This document shows, piece after piece, positions 20,474 to 32,650 of a stretch of 64,000 bases of DNA; positions within the stretch are counted from its first letter, which is position 1, and each line of letters starts with the position of its first letter. The translations under genes and the position numbers were made by a program. Source of the stretch: Oikopleura dioica. Its lineage: Eukaryota > Animalia > Chordata. The notes below the pieces were generated by a model. That model did no database searches, had not been told where the DNA came from, and saw nothing but the letters and a program-made list of their open reading frames with translations. The stretch lies in contig OU015570.1 of assembly GCA_907165135.1 (NCBI GenBank), positions 1,488,001 through 1,552,000 of the forward strand. The letters are read 5' to 3'.

Positions 20474-22711
20474 TTAATAACGTCGTCCTTCTCTACTTGA
20501 GTTTCGAGAAGATTGTCTCGAGTTAGAGTTTGATCTGTAACGTGACTCTCTTGAAGTAGATCTTTCTCTAGAAGAATCTCTTGAGTTTCGCCTTGAGGAA
20601 TCTCTGCTTCTCGAGCGTGTGTAATTGCTGTTTTTTGAGCGGTCTGAGGACCGTGATTGAGATCGCCCTCTTTTATCGCCCCTCGGAAAGGGTGTGCCTT
20701 TACGCCCTCTCTCTTTACGACGCTCATGACGGCCTACCGTTTTCTGATTTGCTGTACACATTCGAGCAATGTGACCTTTAAAACCACATCGATGGCATTC
20801 AATATCTTTCAGCGATCTCCGTCTTCGGTTCCCATCTCGTCGGTCGTTGTTGTCATATCTTCTGTTAGATGTTCGCACAACACTCATTTGCGTTTTCAAC
20901 GGTTGCATTGCCTCCTCAGCCTCATTTGCCAGATTTCCAATATCTGCAAATGGTCTTGTCTTCTCATGAAGTTTGACATGTTGTGCCACCGCTTGATTTT
21001 TGAGCCCATTTGTAAAGAGGTACAGAATGTCCTCTTGTCTATCTCTCTCAGTGATTGCTGACGGAGATGGTGGGAGCACCTTTCGCGAAAGATAGAACTC
21101 TCGAATCACTCTCATGAAAAAGCTTAGTGGTGATTCAGTAGGTCCTTGTCTTAGAGAGCTAAGACTTGCTCTATGAGAAAGTGAAGATCCTCCATGAGCC
21201 CGTCGCAAATGATCAATGAATTCCGGGAGACTTCGTTTTTGCTCATTTGTCAATTCACGCAAAATGTCCATTCGACCCGAGTTTTCGAGCGAACTGTAGA
21301 TCAGTGACGCGTCTGAGAGCAGAGAGAGTTCACGAAAGAGTATCAACGAATCTATAAAGTCATTGAGATGACTTGCTTTTTGGCTCGCATCAGAAGACTT
21401 AGCCCAAACTGGCGCCTTGACGGTCGCCTTCAGCCCTTGATCCCTTCCAACTTCATATCGAGGTTCTTCAGCTCGCAGTCGCGCTCCTTCATTTGGACGA
21501 TTTCGCTCCCTGTTCAGTTCCTGGTCTCGCTGCTGTTGTTGCAGTTCAAAGAGAAGCGTCATTCGCTCCACTTGATGCTGCAGTCGTTCTATCTGCTCTT
21601 GGCTCATTCTCTCGGTCTTAGCAACCGAAGTGTCTTCTTCTAGTTTTTCTGTCTCTTCCCTTCGAGTCTCTTTACGAACTGAGTTCATTGCTTGGCCGTC
21701 GCCCCTATGTCCATCAACATTCTCAAGTTTATGACCAGGTGCCGCCATATCGTCTCTGGTATTTTTACGGTCTGCAGGTGGCTTCGTGTTATTAGCTTTA
21801 TCTCCTGATGTTTCAAGGTTTACTACCGCCGGAGACGGCTGGAGGGCCTCTTTCTTTTGATGTGGTACCGGCTCATCAAGAATTAATGGTGCGACCTGGT
21901 TTGTCCGAGGAAAGATGTTGTTGAGTATCTTCTTGGGTGAGAGGCTTCTTCCTTTTGACTTTTCCTTGTGCAGTCGCTCAAATGTCGTTGCTTTGTGCCT
22001 CATAGCATCAAGTTCGTTGGTAAGACGTCTTATCTTCTGCTCATTAAGCCCGGCATTATAACGAAGGTCCGCAATTTCATTCTCTTGCTAATCGATGGTG
22101 TCTTTCAGATCTCTCACTTGTTTCTCCATAATGATCGCTTTTTCCGAGAACTCTTTAGCGGCCTTTTCATACGCTTCATTGAAAACCAGACGCTCACGTT
22201 CTTCAAACTCATTAATGACATCTTCGACTTTCATCGCCGAGCCAGAGACAAATAACTTTTGTTTTTGTTCATCAATGTTTTCCTCTACTCTCTTAATGAA
22301 GTCATCTATACTCCTCTCAAGGATAACATGCTTGTCTCCTAATTTCTGAGTTTGTAGTCCTTCTAGTATTTTCTTATCTAATTTACTAAGGTCATCAATC
22401 AATTTTGTCACATCAGTAAGAGTACTTGGAGAATGAAGTAAATAGCATCTGTCTTTAGGTGCTTTATCCTTAGGTGCTACAACTAGTCTAGAAATATCTA
22501 ACGAGTAAAAATTAACTATTGACTGAAAATTGGATGTTGGGAAGCGCAGAGGCACTTTTGTGAGTCCTTTTTTATCTTCATACTTACTCCTAAAAAATTC
22601 ATATTTTGCCTTTGGGTCAAGCTCTGCAAGATTCTCTAGAATCGCAAGAGCGTCGACTAGGACTGTATCTAAGTCTGTTAGTGAGTAGAAAAATCTCATC
22701 TCTGTACTCAC
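20474..22711 (-). CDS. gag: Gag (746 codons including one internal TAG at 22088-22090)
   Basis: Track ORFs 22088-22711 and 20474-22003 are the same frame, separated only by TAG (..DTID*QENEIADLRY..); zinc knuckle CHRCGFKGHIARMC; RS-rich tail. Confidence 0.9.
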
Positions 22712-22752
22712 TTTTGGGTATTCTCTAAGGTTTGGCGCTGGGAAAATATCCT

Positions 22753-22770
22753 ATCCCACTTCTGACACCA
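22753..22770 (-). promoter_or_regulatory. Primer-binding site complementary to tRNA-Leu 3' end
   Basis: TGGTGTCAGAAGTGGGAT, 4 nt after the 5' LTR; matches the ...ATCCCACTTCTGACACCA end of metazoan tRNA-Leu(CAA) as recalled. Confidence 0.85.
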
Positions 22771-22774
22771 TTTG

Positions 22775-22982
22775 TGTTGTAACCTGCTGAATAGATGTGG
22801 AAGTCAAATGATGAGTCTCTATTGTTGTTTTATAAAAGTTGATTTTATTTTCAGATTGTGTTTTGAGAAACAGAGTGTTAGTTGGACTGAGGTCCTAATC
22901 AGAGAGAGCTCTGATCAGAATTCAAGTGATAAAAATAAAGTCGGCTCCCGAAGAGCGCCACACCCAAGGGTCGGCTACTACA
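22775..22982 (-). repeat. 5' LTR
   Basis: Identical to 11092-11299; followed on the minus strand by the PBS. Confidence 0.97.
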
Positions 22983-23746
22983 TGAAGAAGGAATTGAAGA
23001 AGGAAAACAAAACGCCACTCAGGACTTCGCTTCCAAAAAGAAGAAAAGTCGCCAAAGAACTATGATTTTAATAATAACAGCTGTTTTAACTGCCGAAAAC
23101 TGATCAAAATAAACTATTTATTGAAATTTCCGCTCGGTGAATTGATTCCGATTAGCGCGCGCTCAGTGTTAAACAGGTCTAAAAATAAGTGTTTGTTCTG
23201 AGAGCTTTTCAGGCTTATTAAAGGCTTAAATTGTGAGCTCTCTTAATTAATAATCACGAGCAAAAGGTTTGCTGGCAAGATTACTTTATTCAAACCATTT
23301 TTGGATCGAAATATGCAACCTGAAAGGTTAGAATAAGGGGTACCATCTTCGAAAGTTTAAAGCGATCTCTCGCGCCACCATGTGGATTAATTGAACAAGT
23401 AAATACATATTTGGAATCAGCGTAAAAAACTGTACAAGATGTTAAATTTTCGAAGTTATCGAAGCACCTTGATTTTTCCGTGAAACTATTATAATGATAT
23501 ATCCGAATTTATGATCTTAAAATATCTTTTTATAGGTTTTCGAACGCGCAGATTTCGAAAATTTCATCAAAATATCGAAATTGTGACCATTTTTGGAAAC
23601 AGCCGTTTGAATTTGAGCGAGCTAAAAGTGCGCTAGGGAAAAACTGAAAACGCCATGTGAAAGAACTCATTTCAATTTGTATGTCCATGAAGTTTCAGAA
23701 AATTATCGCAACAGGACGGTCTTTTCGACAAAAATTGTCGAGCTCC

Positions 23747-23812
23747 AGTTGGGAGGTTCTCCGGGCGCGTTCCAGTTGGGAGGTTCTCCGGGCGCGTTCC
23801 AGTTGGGGAGCT
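23747..23812. repeat. 27-bp tandem repeat (TCCAGTTGGGAGGTTCTCCGGGCGCGT), about 2.4 copies
   Basis: Read directly. Confidence 0.7.
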
Positions 23813-24053
23813 AATTGTGGACACCCTTTCTCTGCCCGGGGGCATTCCGCGCAATGCGACTCCGAGACGCGCCGATCTTTTGAGTCCTCAAGATTTGAAG
23901 ATAAAGAAGGCATCCTCCAAAAATTAAGAAAAAAAATCATGGGCTTTTTTAAACCTACATGTTTATAAAAAAAAGAATTTAAAAAAAAACGGTCGATCTT
24001 TATGGTTTTTCGACCGTTTTATTAAATTTTCTCCTCATCCCTTTTAGGGCACA

Positions 24054-24600
24054 CTCCACTTTGTGTTGGGGTCAAAACTTGGCACCTGGAGAGTAAGGGC
24101 AAGGTCTCCAACAGAGCAAACAGGATGCAAGGGCCCCACCGACAAGTGCCAACTCCCGCGGAGGCTGCTCCTAGCCACAACTCAGAGCAGCTCTCGGTGT
24201 GAGACGGTTGAGCCCTTCAGCAAATATGATCTAAGGGCACACTGGGCCTAAGATCAGGATCAAGCTCAGCCCCGGATGAGCCACAAAAGTAAAAATATGG
24301 AAGACTCAGAATAGACTTTGATGAAATTTTGCCCATTAGGGTAATCGATGGCGTAGATTACGAATCTGAAGTCAAAAAAGACTTCGAATGTACAAAAAGA
24401 AGAAAATCTCAAAATAATTCCATGTATTTTGCTTAAAGTTTATAAAGAAAGTACGCCTCAAGATCCGGAAAATACCTCACTTATTTCAAGGGCAGTAAAT
24501 ATTATAAAAAATCCTGCCTTTCGTTTTTTGTACATTCGAAGTCTTTTTTGAGTTCAGATTCGTAATCTACGCCCTCGATTGACTCCAACACAAAGTGGAG
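24054..24600. mobile_element. MITE-like element with split inverted repeats
   Basis: CTCCACTTTGTGTTGG at left and CCAACACAAAGTGGAG at right; the rest of the right arm pairs with about 24343-24400. No TSD found. Confidence 0.4.
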
Positions 24601-25245
24601 AACCCCCCTTTTAGCTCTCAAATTGTTTTTGCTCAAAAATAATTGTTATTCTAGAAGCTTTAAGTTTTATACAGTGGGCGACAAATTTCACGATGGAGGG
24701 ATTTCTCAAAGGGGAAATTTGCGCGTGTTGTTGCGCGTCTCAGCCCCGTCCCTGGCTTTTAAATTGAAATGGGCTTGACGGCCCTTCGGGCCGTCTCAGC
24801 ACCGTCCCTGGCTTATAAATTAAAATAGGTTTGACAAAGGTTGGGATAAGTAGAGAGGATAGAGATGATCAGTCTCAGTTCCGTCCCCAACCCCACCCAC
24901 ACCCGTTTTTAAATTATCGTCAGTCTATTTTTCCCGAATTAAAATTACGGGTATTTTATATTTTTTTCAAAATTCTTCCAGGACTTTTGATTTTTCCGGA
25001 AGAAAGTCCTTTGTGCGGATTTGCATGCGCAACATCGAAAATATTAGCCCTCAGTCTTGATTCACGTGATTTATAGTGCTGACCTCAAACTACAATTTCA
25101 CCTGCGTGAAAATCCACTCGCGCGCGCGGCGTTACAGCCGCGCGAATGAAATTTCACCCGTTCAAACAGACCAAGAGCCGCGCCAGCACACCAAACTTAT
25201 TTCAAACGATTTATTATCTTATCACCGCGAAATAACTTTCATTCC

Positions 25246-25947
25246 TGTGAACTAACTTTCATTCGTGTGAACTTACTTTCATTTCTGTGAACAAACATTC
25301 TACGCAAACGAAGCTGTGTTCTATTCGCGTGAATAAAGTTAAATTCACGCGAACCAAAATACTATATAAATAACTCTGCTTCTCCACTAAGACACTTATA
25401 CACTCAACTCTACTTCCACTCGACACAACTTTGATTTTTCAATAAATAATGCTCATCCGAAACTTATTGTAGTCTTAACGCAGCAGAACCCCTACAAATT
25501 GGTGACAAAGAGAAGAAACAAACCTACGATTACCAGAGATACAGAGATATTTTAAACGGGTATATTTTTATACAAGTGAAATTACAGGCAACTCTAGGCT
25601 CCAGCATTTTCCCTTAAGGAACTGATAAGCTGTGAAGAGGGACCTTAGGTACTCACTTTTAAATAATGGCGGAAACGAACTTAAAATTAACAGCAGACCT
25701 TTCTAAGAGAGAGCTACGACTGATCTATGATTCTTTTGAAGAGAAAGAATATCTAGTCTGCTTCCTATCACGGATAAGAAGTCAGTTGTCCTGAATATTT
25801 TGAGACTCAAAGCCGATTTTGTCAAGAATGACCCAAAATTTGTTTTTCGAGCTCAAGATACTGGCGTTGTTCATTTCTTAAAGAACTTTATTGAGGACTG
25901 TGATAACCAACGTTTCAGCCGACCAAATCACAAAATAAACCTTGAGC
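25246..25947 (+). mobile_element. 5' end of another LTR element: LTR-like segment, TGGTGAC PBS-like motif and frameshifted gag start
   Basis: TATATAAA (about 25363), AATAAA (25441), ...CCTACA end at 25496, TGGTGAC at 25500, ATG near 25668. Left boundary uncertain. Confidence 0.45.
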
Positions 25948-26568
25948 AGGGGTCTGGATTTTGGCCAAAAATGAAAAGCGAAAGCGAAGCGAAAGCGAAA
26001 ATTTTTCAAAAATTTTAAGCGAAAGCGAAGCGAAGCGAATCAAGTTGTTGAATCCGGGATCGATCTTGGTGAAGCCGGGATTGACTGTGGAGTAACCAAT
26101 AAGTTTTTGGCAATAGTTAAAGTTATATCATATATCATATAACTTATATGAATCATATTATATGATCAATCAATTTAAATAAATTCACGTCGCCGTTTGC
26201 CCATGTCGCCGTTTCCCCAAGTTCGGCAATCGGATATCTCTGGCGACTTGGGAAAAGTTATCCCGGAAAACGGTGACCACTCATCAGCTCAGCGTAGCTC
26301 ACAATATTATATTGTCAATATATTATTGTCAATATTGGCTACTTTGAAAACATTCAAATGATCTCAGCAAAACTCTGAATAGTGCAAATTAAGTTCAATA
26401 AGCAAAATTCTCAGTTAAGCTTTCGCTAAAGCAGATGAAAATAACAAAATATTCAACTCTTACAACGATTTCTTAAGAGCGAAATTTTTGCGAAAATTTT
26501 TGGTAAAAAGCGAAAGCGAAGCGAAGCGAATTGAAATTACAAAAAGCGAAAGCGAATCCAGACCCCTG
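25948..26568. mobile_element. hAT-like MITE (CAGGGGTCTGGATT...AATCCAGACCCCTG)
   Basis: 14-bp inverted termini and GCGAA arrays; flanks do not give a TSD. Confidence 0.45.
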
Positions 26569-27239
26569 AATAGTTTAATTGTTTGATTGTGGACCCTAAC
26601 CATGCCGCATGATTTTTTAATGGAAAAGTAAGCCGGAACTCTGTTGAGCGCCTACTTCGCCTTGATTGTCTTTCTGAAATTGAACTGATCTTTTGATTCT
26701 TTAAGGAGAAAAAGGTGATATTATCGTGCTCCGAACCATTTTCTCTAAAAATGATACCAAAAGTCTCTTTTCCAGGGATACATATATTTACACGCATCAT
26801 TCAGTTTAGCATATGATCTTGGGAAAAAGTCTGTTACCTACTGCTCTCTGCACCGAATTTTCCCTTAGGTAAATTCGCGCTTTTCTTTTCTGACTAAACA
26901 ATTTTCCGTTCAGCCAATGATAAGATTGGGAGCACAGTCTGAAGTTTGAAAGAATCCTGAAAGCCGATGGCTACGGCCCTTTTTAAGATTAAACGTTTAG
27001 GGGTGTTTAAGGGACACGGTTAGGTAGCGCCGCGCCAAACTTCAGGCGCTCGCCGTTATTCTTGTGAATGGGATTTTCCAAATATCCTTTTTGCAAATGA
27101 TATTAACAGCTCTTCAGCTTTCTCATTCAGTAAACCGGTATTCTCGGGGAGCTACGACTCGCCGGGATTTTCACTAATAATGCAAGGTCCCGGCAAGTCG
27201 TAGCTGTTCTAGAAACTCTTATATAAATACCCGGTGTTT

Positions 27240-27307
27240 CCTGGTTTGGTACATATCCTGGTTTGGTACAAATCATGGTTTGGTATGAATCCTGGTTTGG
27301 TACGAAT
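27240..27307. repeat. 17-bp tandem repeat (TCCTGGTTTGGTACAAA-like), 4 copies
   Basis: Read directly. Confidence 0.75.
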
Positions 27308-29899
27308 TTCAAAATCATAACCCTAAATCGAGGGTAAAAAATCCCAAAAATTGAAACATGAAATCATCGACTCTTGTCAATAGTGCTCGACCCCCCTTCA
27401 GCCTCAATATTTGAAATTATTTTTAGGAAGGAGATCTCATTTCTGAGATTCTTCAAGATATTTTTACTCGAGCTCATCTGGGCAAAAATTTGAAATCGCA
27501 TGCTCATTTTAAAGGTGTAAGGGAAATCCCGGCCCCTTCAAACCCTGGCGAATTGCTCAAGTAAAACCTACCACCTGGAGGCGCTTAAAGACCCCCTGCC
27601 CCTCATCAAGAATCGTGAAAAGTGGTCTCCTAAGTGAACGATTTTCTCGTATACCCTTAATTTCAATTGCAAGCTTTAGATCGAACCCTCGCCTGCAACC
27701 GTTTCTTATATCCTCTATAACTTATAGACTATAAGTTATAGAGATATCTCGATATCAAACTTTAGGTTATACAGGCCGTTAAAGGTAAGGTTTTTGGGTT
27801 TTTAATAGGGGTATACCTTTAATTTTTTCGGGATAAAGTTAAGGTCCTTAGCTACGACCGTTCCCTTTTGAGAGTTTTTGGCCAATGATTCATTGGCAAT
27901 GAACTTAAGGAGGAAAGCCTTTTAAAATTTAATCAGTCGAATTTAAGGCGAATTTTCAGATTTATATTTTCAGTTTTTTATGTCACGAATGTCACGAATA
28001 TCACGAATGTCACGATTTCCCTGAATATGTCACGAAAACCGAGACATGTTGTTTTTGTTTTCAGTTGATTCTGGAAACTTTTTTGAGAGAGCGATATTTG
28101 GGAGTATCATTTTATTCATCATTAAACTACCTATATTTAAAAGAGCAAAAAAGTCAAAAAAGCACTGAAAATTTTAAAATTTTGAAAATATAATTTTCGG
28201 AAATTATTGACGGAGGTCCTATACAAAATTTACAGAAATTTGTACCCGTCTCCATAAATTTCGCAGTATTTCGCAGTAAAGGGTATCTGTCTCGGAAAAA
28301 AACTCTGTAGTTTATGGAAGGTGAGGAGTCCACACTGATACTGATTTGAAAATGAGATAACAGCTGTGAGCTAGCGCGGCGGTTCAAAAGTAGCTTGAGG
28401 GCTAGAAGTGATGGTAATCTTGGTCGTAATCGAGAGGGATCCGAGCATCCGTCATATCAAGATACTTCCCAATACCGTGGTTTTCCATCTTAAGAGCGCC
28501 CAACTTAAGAGCGTTTTTCCCAATATTTTCCATATTTTGTCATCTGCGAAAATTCCAACTTTAGAGCGTTTTTGGGTATTTCAAATTAAATATCAGGATA
28601 TCGTTTATTTTAACCAGAAATTTAATATGAGTCATTTTCTCACGAGAGAAAAGCCTGGGTTTTCGACAACCTACTCGACCAAAAACCGACCACCGACCAC
28701 TTTCCGACCAATTGTTTAATAAAATCAATGTCGGGTCGGGTCGGTCCGACCAAAGTTCGACCGACACCCGACAATGTCGATTTGGTCGACAACCTGTTTC
28801 TTGAAGCCTTAATTTTTAATATTTTTTAAAAAATCCACCGCTAGATGAGAGTGAAGGCGTGAGCCCGACTGGACAAAGATCAAAAAGACTCGCGTTGCTG
28901 CAGAAAACTCGAAAAACTTGAAATTGACTTCTGGTTTCTGCGCTTCGATATTGCGCTCGATCCAATCCCGATTCAAACAAAAGAAGAAAAAGTGGTTGCG
29001 CAAGCTCTCAAAGAAAAAATTTTACGTTTTCAAATCTTTTGGGGTCGAATTGTATCAAATAATGGGTAGACGCTTGTAATGTCCCCGAATGTCCCGAATG
29101 TCCCTGTCTGATCATGCAAAAATATTCCAAAATAAGAACTCAATAACAACTTTTTCGTCTCTAGAGCACCATTGTTCTTGCAAAAAGTCGAAAAGAAGGC
29201 TTCGCTCCGACTAATTTGTGGTAGAAAACTCATAAAGGTTTGCGAAAAATTGTCTCTAGAACAAAATTATAATGAAATATATCCTTTGGATATTTTTAAA
29301 TTTGGTATTTATTTCCGAATCTGAGTCTAGAGTTGAAGGTAGCGCAGCTTATCAAGAAGATCATAAAATAGATCAAGGGTGGTGGCCCAGGACGAGAGTA
29401 CATTGGGTCCGTCTCATAGACTGATCCCAACATTCTTCCGCACCAGGGTCACCCAGAGGGTGCAATAGAGAGAAAATGATAACTATCAGGTGTAATAGAC
29501 GGAAAATGATAACCATCATCCTTCCGGGGGAGGGGAAAACTAAAAAGAAAAGAACAGATAGACAGCTAAAAAATGCATAGAAAAGTGAACAGAGGAACAG
29601 TTATATTTATAATTTATGTTTCGCGAATTTCTTTCGTTCTAATCGAGCATGACAGGCTTCTAGAGTTGTCAGTTTTCTACCGGCAAGGTTGGCCCTTCCT
29701 TGCATTCTCGGTGCCGCGGACTCCCTCCACGGGTCACGTCTGGACGTTGGCATCCCTACTCTCTTCGGCCATACAGTTGAATCTTTACAACCAGCTGAGT
29801 CCTTCCAGCTGGGCCTAGCACACGTGCGTCTTCCATGTAGGTTAAGGCATCCACCTGATCCTTGGCCAATCAACTCTTCCTTCTTCTCTTTTAGAACTA

Positions 29900-30960
29900 G
29901 TCGAAATCCCTACTTGTGAGAGCTCGTTGCCGAATTAATGTTTCCTCATTTGTCAATTCACATTGCACCCCTTATTGGGAATTTTCAGAATCGTAACTGC
30001 TCTCTTCATTTTCTGATTAAGATGAAAGTGTTGAGGGTGAAGTCGTTCGCGAGCTGTGCTCGGAGCTTTCCGTGTCAGAAGTCACGCTCCCGGACTCTGA
30101 GGAGGAGGACTCGGAGTCGTGCGCAGCTGAGACAAGCTCGTAAAGTGAATCCTCAAATCTATCCCGATCTCGAGTGGTCTCCTCGCATTCTTCTTGTATT
30201 ATTCGCCAGAGATTTTCGCCTCAAAGCTAGTTCGGCGCATACACATGTAAATCGCAACTTCTTCATCCAAATTGCAGTCGTTTCTGAAATCGTCGATTGC
30301 CTCTATGAAATTCTTGATGTCTTCGAGTTCCTCTTTTTTGTGCCTTTTTTATTGTTCCATATTGGCGCATACTGCATCACCGAATTTTCATGTTCGGTAA
30401 GATTCATTCTCTCTTCACTTGTGTACTTCACTTTGAGTCGGCGCGGCTCGGTTCCGTTTAATCAGCCAATGATGTTGACCTTGGTGTTTCCTTTTATGAC
30501 CAGCGAGTTGCTTGATAGTGTAGCTTTATGGTCTCGTCGGCTGCGCTGGGATATAAAATTCGATCAAGAACCTAGAATTTTATGACGCCGGTCAAGATCA
30601 GCAGAAAATTTCGAATCTTCGCGAATGGTGCGGCGCCTGTGTCGATCGTCGTGAAATTCTCAAATTTTGAAAAGGCGGCTACGCAAGTGGCAGAATAGCC
30701 GCTTTTGCAATCTTCAAGTTATCTGATGTTGTTGTCGACTCCGTCGTAGTGGCTGATGGTGTTGTTACTGTTGTAGTTGTGGCTGATGTTCCGGCTTATT
30801 CCGACACGCGAAAGAGTTGTTGTGCGCTGGCTCGTGGCAGGAAGGTGATCGGTCTCCCTCAAGATGGTGAATCTTTTCGTTGTCGCAGCCGCTGACTTGA
30901 GTTTCCACTGACATGTTCCCAACAATGTTCCCAACAAGTTCACAGAATGAGTCCATGTGC
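29900..30960 (-). pseudogene. Degenerate gag-like remnant
   Basis: KNFIEAIDDFRNDCNLDEEVAIYMCM resembles LNDFIDSLILFRELSLLSDASLIYSSL in the intact gag; stops and frameshifts throughout. Confidence 0.35.
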
Positions 30961-31299
30961 ACGAAACCGACTATAAAAAAGACTGCACCTCTTTTTACAA
31001 TTCATTCTACTTTTCTTTTTTTTGGAATAAACATCTCAGATAAAAATCACTTTGTAGTGTATAATCACTACATCAGAACAGGCTGTTCAACAGCGTTCCA
31101 AATAATGGTAAATGTGTGAGAAATAAATTTGTAGATGCCGTCTGCAAAAAATTAAATCTAAATCGTTCTTATAACAGCCCATATTGGACTCCAGTGGCAG
31201 TTTCGGTAAACCTTACATTTCACGTCTCATACGTAGTCATGGGTGAATACACATGAATGCGACGCGGTTTTCCTTGTACCACCGGCTTCACAGGTGAAA

Positions 31300-32650
31300 C
31301 CGGTTGATTGATTACTTTCTACACTGCGCCACCTAATAATTATCACCCTATAAAACTGGAACTGTTCTCAACTGCTGAGAAGTCCACCCTACAACGCAAT
31401 ACAAATCAAACTTCAACAACTTTATTTTCAACTTTACCAAAACTGATTCCTGATGAACGAAAATATGGAATTGCCTTGATGCCTCAAATCAAAATAAACA
31501 TCCAAAATTCCTTCATTTCTCCCGGAAAATTTTCTCACAACCCCAGAATTTTCAATCCTTTCCTTATGGAGAATAGGTCGCGTCGTGGTTGATATACGTT
31601 CCGTATAGATATGTAAAAAAAGTTCTCCATCCACGATTGTCACATTCAAGCTTACATATTTCTTCTTCGAGTATTCCAACAAATAAACGGTTAACAACCG
31701 TGTCATACAATGGGAGGTAGCTGATGCTATAAGCCATCATTCTGACTTTAATTTATATTTCCGATTTCCACTCTTTTGCAAGCCCATGCTTGGATCTTGC
31801 ATTTCGTTCTTGAGCTTCAAGAGTTTTAACAATCTTTTTCTAGGCGCCGATTATTGCGACCAGGGATGTCGGATTTCGAATCTCCCAGTTCGCACCGCAG
31901 AAACTCCTCGAAAAAAAATCGCAGTTCACACCACACTGCAGTCGAAAATTTTAGAAAATGTACATACCTGATCGCGACAGCAGAATCGATAAAACATTCC
32001 TTTGATTGCATGGAAGCTGCAAAAGGTAAGATTAATCTGAGCACCAAAAACCTTCGTCGTCGAAGAAATCCACCCTGACTCGAAGTCGATAAGTATGTTT
32101 TTCAAATTTTTCAGTCCACAAAGCCAAACAAGCCCATTGAGAAACAACGTGTAGTCATCGTCAGATTTTGATGGAAGCAAAGCCATGACTCTCACGGATC
32201 CAAATGTTTTGGTCTGTGAAGAGGAGTAAATTCCAGATTGCATAACCAACACAAGCTGGTATGATCGGCCTCCATTAAAATGCTTCTTCGCGACTTTGAC
32301 GATGTCAAAATTGCCATCGAATGCTTTGTGTTGGTTTCATTAAGGGGGTAGAACTAGGTTTTTCGAAAATAGCCGATTCTAGACCGGCGTTCAAAGCCAG
32401 GCGAGCTTAGATATTCAAATTCTCTCTTCAGCTGTAGATAGTGCAAACGTAGATCTAACAATATTTCTCTTAAAGAATTTAAAACCGTTCCCAGGCCCAC
32501 CGCCCTTTTCAAATTTTCAATGTCGATTGGCGCAATCCAGATCGGAAATTTAGAAAATGCTGGGTACTCAAACCCGCGCCCAGTGCACCTCCATCTTTGT
32601 TTGCCCACAGAATTCGCCATGAGAAGGGGATCGAAGCCGGAATTCGTTCC
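31300..32650 (-). pseudogene. Mutator/MULE-type transposase remnant
   Basis: One frame carries AFDGNF (32318), ALLPSKSDDDY, ILIDFESG and VFGAQINLTFCSFH, matching the MULE DDE domain pattern; RWRC motif upstream; frames disrupted. Confidence 0.7.

Larger units (their letters stand above)
11092..22982 (-). mobile_element. Full-length Ty3/Gypsy LTR retrotransposon with env and a fourth ORF (Tor-like)
   Basis: Two identical 208-bp TG...CA LTRs, 4-bp TSD TGAA on both sides, PBS, gag (CCHC), pol in PR-RT-RH-IN order, env-like ORFs. Confidence 0.97.
10661..23065 (+). pseudogene. Unknown ORF split by the LTR element
   Basis: Removing the element and one TGAA copy joins ...KEKAEKQL to KKELKKENKTPLRTSLPKRRKVAKEL* in frame. 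Upstream degraded frames at 9843-10660 contain stops. Confidence 0.6.

Noticed and set aside
25948-26568. Claiming a recent hAT insertion
   Set aside because: Flanks (ACCTTGAG and AATAGTTT) give no 8-bp TSD; kept only as a low-confidence MITE.
29938-30585. 215-aa plus-strand ORF
   Set aside because: No motifs; it lies antisense to a degenerate gag-like frame.
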